A DNA stretch of 36,026 nucleotides from Stramenopiles sp. TOSAG23-2 (lineage: Eukaryota). A program made the position numbers and the translations under genes. The stretch spans positions 1-36,026 of the forward strand of contig LT649340.1 in NCBI GenBank assembly GCA_900128395.1, given 5' to 3'. This document shows, piece by piece, positions 29,788-36,026 of the stretch. Numbering within the stretch: the stretch's first letter is position 1; the number at the start of each line of letters is the position of its first letter. The notes under the pieces were generated by a model. It worked only from the letters and a program-made list of their open reading frames with translations. It did not search any database and was not told the DNA's origin.

Positions 29788-31842
29788 ATGAAGAATGTGG
29801 AAATAAAAATGATGGAGAACCCAATGCCAAAAGAAGCAGGAGTAAACAGTAGCAATGGTAGTAAAAAACCTGTTGTTAAGAAAAGAATGCCGAAGAAAAC
29901 CAAAGTTTTGGAATTTCCAGATAATATAATAAGGAGAACAATGTGTCGGCCCAGTATAGTATTTATACAACTCTTTAATCTGTTGTTAGCAGGTTTAATG
30001 TTTTACACATGGTACTTATATACCGGATTCAGAAACTTAGAGAAACCATTTACAATTATATTTTTATTAATTTCCATAGGATTCTTTTTAACCTTTTGCT
30101 ATGCGTTTCGAAGCGCAAGGCTCATGACAGATAAAATTTTATTCGCTGTTACGGAAAAGGATAAAATGGAAGAAGTATATGTTCGAAAAAAATCAGGAAA
30201 TAATACGTTTCTTGAAATGATAAAATATGAAAATATAATTAATTTCTATTCCAATTACTTTTACATTGAAGGAGATTATTACTTGTTGAAATTGAATGTG
30301 TCAGAAATGATGGAGCACTTGAATCAATTAATTAATATATTTACAATTTATAATTGTAACATGAAAGTTGAGTATGTTTGGACAATATTTATGGTGCTTA
30401 TGTTGGAATCTTTTCATAATGCGTTTATATTATTTCGAGGAAAAATAACGTCAGATACACGGGATAATCAAGCACTTATTGATTTATTAGTGGATTTTTT
30501 CTGCGTTGCATTTCCTTTAGTTGTCCTTTTTTTTGTAATTGGATTGCCGATCACCATTCCCACAATGTTACAGATTATGTTTCTTCCAACGTTGGGCATT
30601 TATGTCAAATTAAAGACTATACAAAGGCAGTTTATAATAGAAGATCTTCGTTCTATACGATATGAAGCAGAACAAAGAATGAGTATGAGAGCTTCAAGAC
30701 GACGCATGAGTTTATTTGGAGCCAAACATGAAGAGGTAGTAATAAAAAAACAAATGACTTTTTTTAAACGGCCAATACAATTGTTTTTTGCTATTATTAA
30801 TGCTTTATTTGGGGCATTTATGTTTGCATTATTAATAGTGCAAATTGCTCAACTGAAAACTGGTGATGAAGAATGTACAGCACGTGATGCTCAGTTGTGG
30901 AACAGATGTACGGCGAAAGTACCTTATTGCGGAACTGTGGTGGTTCCTAGTTGCAACTGCTTGATTCTTTCTTGGGGGTTTGGAGGTAGTCATAATTATA
31001 CCGAATTCCCGTACAAAAACAATGGCATGATGAACGAAATGTCGGCGCTAAGCCAAATTCTAGCTGAGCATGGCCCACTGAAAGAATTGCCTGATAATCT
31101 GTGTGAAAGGCATACTAATTTGAAGTTACTTTTTCTTTCCAATAACAGTTTACAAACACTTAAATTAGACAAATGTGAACATTTAATTTCTGTCATTTTG
31201 GACTATAATGAACTTGAAACATTTCCAAATATGGCGTCAAGCAAAGAATCGTTGTTCGGTGTTTATATGGAACATAATAGAATTACAGAAATTCCTATTT
31301 TGGTAGGGGAAAATTATATGTTATCTTCACTTTCCGTGTTTAGTAACGACGTAAGCAATATTCCTGCCCCGGTATTTAATTCATTGTCAAATTTACAAAG
31401 ATTGGATATTTCTTCAAACGAAATGATAAAAGAAATTCCAGAGTCTATATATACGTCTCCGGTATTGATTGAGTTACGTCTTATTGACTTACCACGTGTA
31501 ACAAGTCTTCCAGAAGTGCCAAACGGGGCATTGCATAATCTCTTACTTTTAGATCTTCGTAATTCAAGTTTTACTAGCTTACCAGCATCTTTTTTTGACT
31601 TGCCAAGATTAGAAGAAGTTTACCTGGCAGGTAGTCCGCTATGTTCCAATGGATGGGTTGAATCTGTTCCGGCAGGATCAACTTTTGCTCTTGCTATGAG
31701 CCAGCCGAATACTGGATGTGTAAAACAATGTAGTTTACATTGTAATTACCATGACCAAACATGGCTTTACTGCTATCCAGCGCGTTGCAACAATACTGTA
31801 TGCAATTATCAAAACGGGTTTTGTGTGGGTGGTGAGGAATGA
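29788..31842 (+). CDS. Multi-pass (~7 TM) + LRR + degenerate LNR-like protein (paralog B)
   Basis: Colinear with 25029..26987: GDYYLLKLNVSEMMEHLNQLINIFTIYNC, RDNQALIDLLVDFFCVAFP, LWNRCTAKVPYC..PSCNC, LRRs, SPLCSNGW, GCVKQCSLHC...CNNTVCNYQNGFC. Confidence 0.8.
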   Translation: MKNVEIKMMENPMPKEAGVNSSNGSKKPVVKKRMPKKTKVLEFPDNIIRRTMCRPSIVFIQLFNLLLAGLMFYTWYLYTGFRNLEKPFTIIFLLISIGFFLTFCYAFRSARLMTDKILFAVTEKDKMEEVYVRKKSGNNTFLEMIKYENIINFYSNYFYIEGDYYLLKLNVSEMMEHLNQLINIFTIYNCNMKVEYVWTIFMVLMLESFHNAFILFRGKITSDTRDNQALIDLLVDFFCVAFPLVVLFFVIGLPITIPTMLQIMFLPTLGIYVKLKTIQRQFIIEDLRSIRYEAEQRMSMRASRRRMSLFGAKHEEVVIKKQMTFFKRPIQLFFAIINALFGAFMFALLIVQIAQLKTGDEECTARDAQLWNRCTAKVPYCGTVVVPSCNCLILSWGFGGSHNYTEFPYKNNGMMNEMSALSQILAEHGPLKELPDNLCERHTNLKLLFLSNNSLQTLKLDKCEHLISVILDYNELETFPNMASSKESLFGVYMEHNRITEIPILVGENYMLSSLSVFSNDVSNIPAPVFNSLSNLQRLDISSNEMIKEIPESIYTSPVLIELRLIDLPRVTSLPEVPNGALHNLLLLDLRNSSFTSLPASFFDLPRLEEVYLAGSPLCSNGWVESVPAGSTFALAMSQPNTGCVKQCSLHCNYHDQTWLYCYPARCNNTVCNYQNGFCVGGEE

Positions 31843-31905
31843 GCAAAAAATCTCTCTCGTTTAAAAAAATGTGTGGTTTAAAAATATTTTACGAATATAT
31901 CTCAT

Positions 31906-31918
31906 TACGAACTTCGTA
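31906..31918. promoter_or_regulatory. TACGAA-C-TTCGTA palindrome between convergent 3' ends
   Basis: ATTACGAACTTCGTA at 31904-31918 is identical to 23295-23309. Confidence 0.4.
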
Positions 31919-32018
31919 CCGAATATTTTTTTTAAAATACGTATAAATTATCGACGTATTTAAATAAAACAATTTTGGGTATTATCATACGTTTTTTACT
32001 CTCTATGATAATATCACA

Positions 32019-33284
32019 CTATTTTTCAACCATATATTTTAATTTAAGCTCTTCCAATTCACTATCTGTATATACATGCGGTGTCTCGTTCACATTTCCA
32101 AATGTATAAATTGTGATTTGATTATCAACTAGTTCCATTATTTGATCTAATAAATTTATTCCTGCATCTGAAAATTGATTGTAACTGCATGATAATGTTT
32201 TTAATTTGAGTACCTTTCCACGATATTTCAATATATTAAAAATGCTTTTTGCACCAAAATCAGTCATATCATTAAAATCCAATTTCAAATTAATTAATGT
32301 GGAATTGACATCAAACATATCTGCAATTGCAATTGCTACAGTATCATTGAAATCATTACTACTCAATCCTAATGTTTTTATTGAACAATTAGTTTCCATT
32401 CCCAATAAAATAGATGTAACACCACGATTACCAAGTCTGTTGCGATCTAAATGAAGCTTGGATAATTTTTTATTTCTTGAGATCATTTTTCCTAATACAA
32501 TTCCACCCTCTTCGCTTATATAATTATCTGCTAATGATAAAGATTCTAAGGAAGAATTTTTATTTGAAATCAAACTATTTGCTAATTCAATCACTGATTT
32601 ATCATATATATTATTATTGTCTAGATCTAAAAACATCAATGTTGTATTGATTGCTAAAACGTTTGAAAATTCGATTACACCTCTATCAGAAATATTATTT
32701 GAATGCAAATTTAATAATTGTAATTTTGTATTTGTCTGTAATGCCTTAGCAATTGCAATTCCACCATCAATATTATTTGAACAAAGTGATAATACTTCTA
32801 ATTGTGTTCTGTTTTTTCTCAAAATATTTGCAATTGCTTTTTCACCATTGTTTCCTATATTATTATATCCCAAATAGAATGATTTTATATGTGCAGTTTG
32901 AGAATACCAAAAATGAGAGAGTGATATTACTCCAGTGCCGTTGATATAATTATCTGTTAAATCAATGTCTTCAATTGTGTTTGGATGTCCATGATTACTA
33001 TTTTGTAATTCATTTGTTAAATGAATGATTTTTTCATCATTTAAATTATGATATGATAAATCAACTTCAATATATATATACAAATTATACGACAACATAA
33101 TCATCAATTGTTGAAACGTAATTGTTGTTGGTAACGTTAAATTGTTGGAGTCATTATGATTCTCTTTGGGTTTTTTTCCAAAAAATAAAAACTCATTGAT
33201 TTTATGTAGTAATGTATTATCTAACGTTGCCAATAATATTTTCAATTGATGGTTACTTTGTTGATGTTGCGCGTAATCTCCCAT
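32019..33284 (-). CDS. Ribonuclease-inhibitor-type (NLRC3/RanGAP-like) LRR protein
   Basis: ~28-aa repeats such as LQTNTKLQLLNLHSNNISDRGV and NTTLMFLDLDNNNIYDKSV; first in-frame ATG at 33284 (track start 33335 is TTG); 5' end uncertain. Confidence 0.75.
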   Translation of the reverse strand: MGDYAQHQQSNHQLKILLATLDNTLLHKINEFLFFGKKPKENHNDSNNLTLPTTITFQQLMIMLSYNLYIYIEVDLSYHNLNDEKIIHLTNELQNSNHGHPNTIEDIDLTDNYINGTGVISLSHFWYSQTAHIKSFYLGYNNIGNNGEKAIANILRKNRTQLEVLSLCSNNIDGGIAIAKALQTNTKLQLLNLHSNNISDRGVIEFSNVLAINTTLMFLDLDNNNIYDKSVIELANSLISNKNSSLESLSLADNYISEEGGIVLGKMISRNKKLSKLHLDRNRLGNRGVTSILLGMETNCSIKTLGLSSNDFNDTVAIAIADMFDVNSTLINLKLDFNDMTDFGAKSIFNILKYRGKVLKLKTLSCSYNQFSDAGINLLDQIMELVDNQITIYTFGNVNETPHVYTDSELEELKLKYMVEK

Positions 33285-33990
33285 TCTGTATACGCCGATG
33301 TTAATGGTTGTGTTAGTTAGATATGTATCTGCCAACTTGTATTATGGTTTGATATACTTTTAAGAATTGCGTTTTTCTTTCGTTATCAAGTAATTTCATA
33401 TTGCATATCATGTACATATTTTTAATATATATATGTATGTTTTCCCAACGTTTTTCTCTAAAAAATAAAAATGAGATGATGAGAAATTGATTTTAAAAAC
33501 CTTAAACTTTCAATAGCAGTTATTATGTTCCAAAATAGTACAGTAAGATGTATAAAATTATCATGAGGCCCTTTCACTCAATAATCAAATTACCTGTATT
33601 CATCATCACATCAATCAAGAGAGGATCCGATCTAATTAAAATCAATAATTTCAATAATAAATTATATTAAAATATGGCTTAATTAATTCATTACAGTATT
33701 AATTCATATTATTCATTTTTTTATTGCAGTGTGCTATTGTGCTGCATATTATTATTTTGTCCCTCTCCTTTTTCAACTTTTAACATTTATTTTCATCCTT
33801 AAATAGAATTAAATGCCCATTCGGATTTATTAAAAAATATCAAACATTCCGGGACAGGGGTTCCAGCCTCACGGGCCTTTCAGGTTTATTATATAGTTAT
33901 CCTCGTCGTTATTATACTTAATTTTTTTATTTTTTAAATTATGGCACTATGATGTGCATGTTAAATGCATGCTTATAAAATTAGCTATAA

Positions 33991-34182
33991 CCATATTATA
34001 CTAATCAGCTGGACTCTGCATTGACCCAAGTTCGTTTTGGTATGTTGTACGATGGTTTCTCCAGAGGCAATTACATGCATGAGTTCTGGGTAGCTTTGCG
34101 AAAGCTATTAATTACCTATATTGGTATATTTTCTGACAAATTGCAAGTCTTGCTTGCGATTGGAGTGGTCGGTATGTTGTGA
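33991..34182 (+). pseudogene. Fragment of a polytopic membrane protein (TRP-like 'FGxLY..F...W...RK' TM module)
   Basis: Manual translation NQLDSALTQVRFGMLYDGFSRGNYMHEFWVALRKLLITYIGIFSDKLQVLLAIGVVGML*; bounded by in-frame stops, with GC higher than the flanking intergenic DNA. Confidence 0.6.
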
Positions 34183-34184
34183 CT

Positions 34185-36011
34185 TCAAACTTTTTGAAAA
34201 ATCACATTAGCAGGTAATTCCCATTGTGTTACTCCAAGCGTTGCATTATGATAATATGGGTTACCACTATTTTCATCAATGTACTCAATCCATTGTTGTT
34301 GATTATCTGATGCATCATCACCCTCAGGATTTAAAACAGATTTCCGACTTGGTTTTGATTTTTTATCAACAATTGGTAGTACATCTTCAATGCCAAACCC
34401 GATAGCAGATGTACGTAATGGATTTAAATTAAATTTCTTTATTTTATCATCAGTACTGTTACCATTACTATTAATGTCTAATGTAACTTTATTACTCGTT
34501 TTTTTTGGTTCGTTTCTTTGCTTTAATTCAATTGCATTCATATTCCATGTATTTCTGTTATGCAATTTATTTTTTGCATCATGTTTTTTTTTGTATTTTT
34601 GTGTATAAAGTATAAAACCACCACAAGATAAAAGTGCAAGAGCAACTAATATAATAACAACGATAATTACTGATGTCGACATTTCATTATTATTGTTATT
34701 CTGTTGTTTAGCTACATCATCATCTTGTTTGATGTTACTATTTTGCTTTGAATCTTTATTATTAGAATCTTTTGACACATCATCATCATTGTTGATGTTA
34801 CTATCTTGCTTTGAATCTTTATTATTAGAATCTTTCGACACATCATCATCATTATTGGTGTTAATATTTTGCTTTGAATCTTTAGAATCTTTATTAGTAT
34901 TTCCTTTGCCACAAAGAATATTAAGCCGCCTTCCATTATTACCGCCATTATTTGCTGAAGCTGAACATGTGTTTTTTAATGTAGCAATTATTTCATCTTG
35001 TTTCTTTAAAACCGCAATACTATTATTCAAAAGCGCAATAGTCCCAGTGTCCATGCATCCTGTAGCACCGGGTAATGAGCCAAAGAAGAGAGGGCATTTT
35101 GTGCAGGTTACACCACCTCCTTCAGAGTAATAATTAGCGGGGCAAGGGGCGCATGTCTTCGGTTTGCATACACATTTATATTCACTGCTGCATCTGAGTG
35201 TTGATTGTGTGTTTTCATCATTATATATATTTTCATTGAAAAAATAACGTAAAGTGGGGGTAGTACTTTTTGTACGAAGAGCGATACATCCTTTTGGCAA
35301 ATCCTTCCGATTTGGTAGACCATAATGGGAGAGGGAGCTTGGAACACTTATTATTCCTTTATTCCCATCTGCAGGTTGGTTTAACGCTGCTGTTTGTTGA
35401 CATTCTTGATAAGTGGCTATATCATTATCGCAAGGACCAATAGAATCCCAAATAGAATCCCCTTGCAAACCTTCCCCAGGTTTACATGTTTTGGGACTAG
35501 CCTGGCAAGAATCAATCGTACCACCCGTACCTGCACAGTCCTTCCCAATACATGTATACGGTCTATCCGACGGACACTTGATACATGTGGCATCCACACC
35601 ACCATTTGAGTAATAATTTCTAGGGCATGGAGTGCATTCGGAATCAAGGCACATGCACTTCGTTTGACTGCTACAATTAGCTGTTGATGCTGATTCGTAG
35701 TTAAAGTTATACTCTTCATAACTTACACTAGTATCATATTGACCTGTAAATGAGATACAACCAGGAGGTAGCGTCGAACTCGTATACGAAAATATGTCCT
35801 TATTGTCTCTTGGCCCGTATGTAAAGAAAGCAACATTATTTTTCCCCAAATCTTGACAGTCTGTTTTTAACATCACAAAATTCTCACATCGACCACTATC
35901 AAGGACAATATTTCTAAGGCCTTCCCCACGATAACAACTCTTACCCGTCGCAACTACCAACAATTGTGGTGCAGCGATACAAATCATACATAACAATAAT
36001 AATTTTTTCAT
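34185..36011 (-). CDS. Type I membrane protein: signal peptide, two Cys-rich modules with TNFR/GCC-like CxxCPxNYYS repeats, tandem-repeat stalk, one TM, cytoplasmic WW domain
   Basis: MKKLLLLCMICIAAPQLLVVA; CTPCPRNYYSNGG and CAPCPANYYSEGG; TM SVIIVVIILVALALLSCGGFILY followed by KYKKK; WIEYIDENSGNPYYHNATLGVTQWELP. Confidence 0.85.
   Translation of the reverse strand: MKKLLLLCMICIAAPQLLVVATGKSCYRGEGLRNIVLDSGRCENFVMLKTDCQDLGKNNVAFFTYGPRDNKDIFSYTSSTLPPGCISFTGQYDTSVSYEEYNFNYESASTANCSSQTKCMCLDSECTPCPRNYYSNGGVDATCIKCPSDRPYTCIGKDCAGTGGTIDSCQASPKTCKPGEGLQGDSIWDSIGPCDNDIATYQECQQTAALNQPADGNKGIISVPSSLSHYGLPNRKDLPKGCIALRTKSTTPTLRYFFNENIYNDENTQSTLRCSSEYKCVCKPKTCAPCPANYYSEGGGVTCTKCPLFFGSLPGATGCMDTGTIALLNNSIAVLKKQDEIIATLKNTCSASANNGGNNGRRLNILCGKGNTNKDSKDSKQNINTNNDDDVSKDSNNKDSKQDSNINNDDDVSKDSNNKDSKQNSNIKQDDDVAKQQNNNNNEMSTSVIIVVIILVALALLSCGGFILYTQKYKKKHDAKNKLHNRNTWNMNAIELKQRNEPKKTSNKVTLDINSNGNSTDDKIKKFNLNPLRTSAIGFGIEDVLPIVDKKSKPSRKSVLNPEGDDASDNQQQWIEYIDENSGNPYYHNATLGVTQWELPANVIFQKV
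34708..34883 (-). repeat. Coding 63-bp tandem repeat, ~2.8 copies (KDSKQxxNxNxDDDVSKDSNN)
   Basis: TGCTTTGAATCTTT recurs at 63-bp spacing (about 34744, 34807, 34870). Confidence 0.9.
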
Positions 36012-36026
36012 TGTTTGTTGTTTATT

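Noticed and set aside
29133-29970. Short ORFs between the HhH gene and paralog B
   Set aside because: No domain features; they lie in a divergent promoter or antisense to a real gene
33848-33885. GC-rich patch as a tRNA/ncRNA or Helitron hairpin
   Set aside because: Too short, with no cloverleaf or convincing stem and terminal motif
34708-34883. CRISPR-like repeat array
   Set aside because: Contiguous in-frame coding repeats without unique spacers, no cas genes, eukaryotic context
2255-35719. Many short antisense or alternative-frame ORFs inside the long genes
   Set aside because: Shadows of real CDSs and of poly-Asn/Asp/Ser codon runs
1-36026. Alternative genetic code, or prokaryotic/viral origin
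   Set aside because: All three stops end conserved genes, and a spliceosomal intron plus IPO4, GEMIN5 and HEATR3 indicate a eukaryotic nuclear genome

Overview
AT-rich, gene-dense, nearly intron-free eukaryotic DNA using the standard code (TAA, TAG and TGA all terminate genes), with poly-Asn tracts. The gene families and style suggest a protist, most plausibly a stramenopile; this taxonomy is inference. The left and middle carry mostly conserved genes: RAD54B-like SNF2 translocase, a spliced SAM methyltransferase, an AspH-type 2OG dioxygenase, an LtaS/sulfatase-family membrane enzyme, importin-4, Gemin5, HEATR3/Syo1 and ribokinase. The right ~11 kb is an accessory cell-surface block. It holds two paralogous ~7-TM proteins with a C-terminal LRR + LNR(Notch)-like ectodomain (inferred N-in/C-out topology) flanking a secreted tandem helix-hairpin-helix protein, then an RNI-type LRR protein and a Cys-rich type I receptor with a cytoplasmic WW domain. 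Signals not resolved by the ORF track include a copia GAG-pre-integrase relic, a stray multi-TM gene fragment, and a recurrent CpG-containing TACGAA/TTCGTA motif downstream of stop codons.
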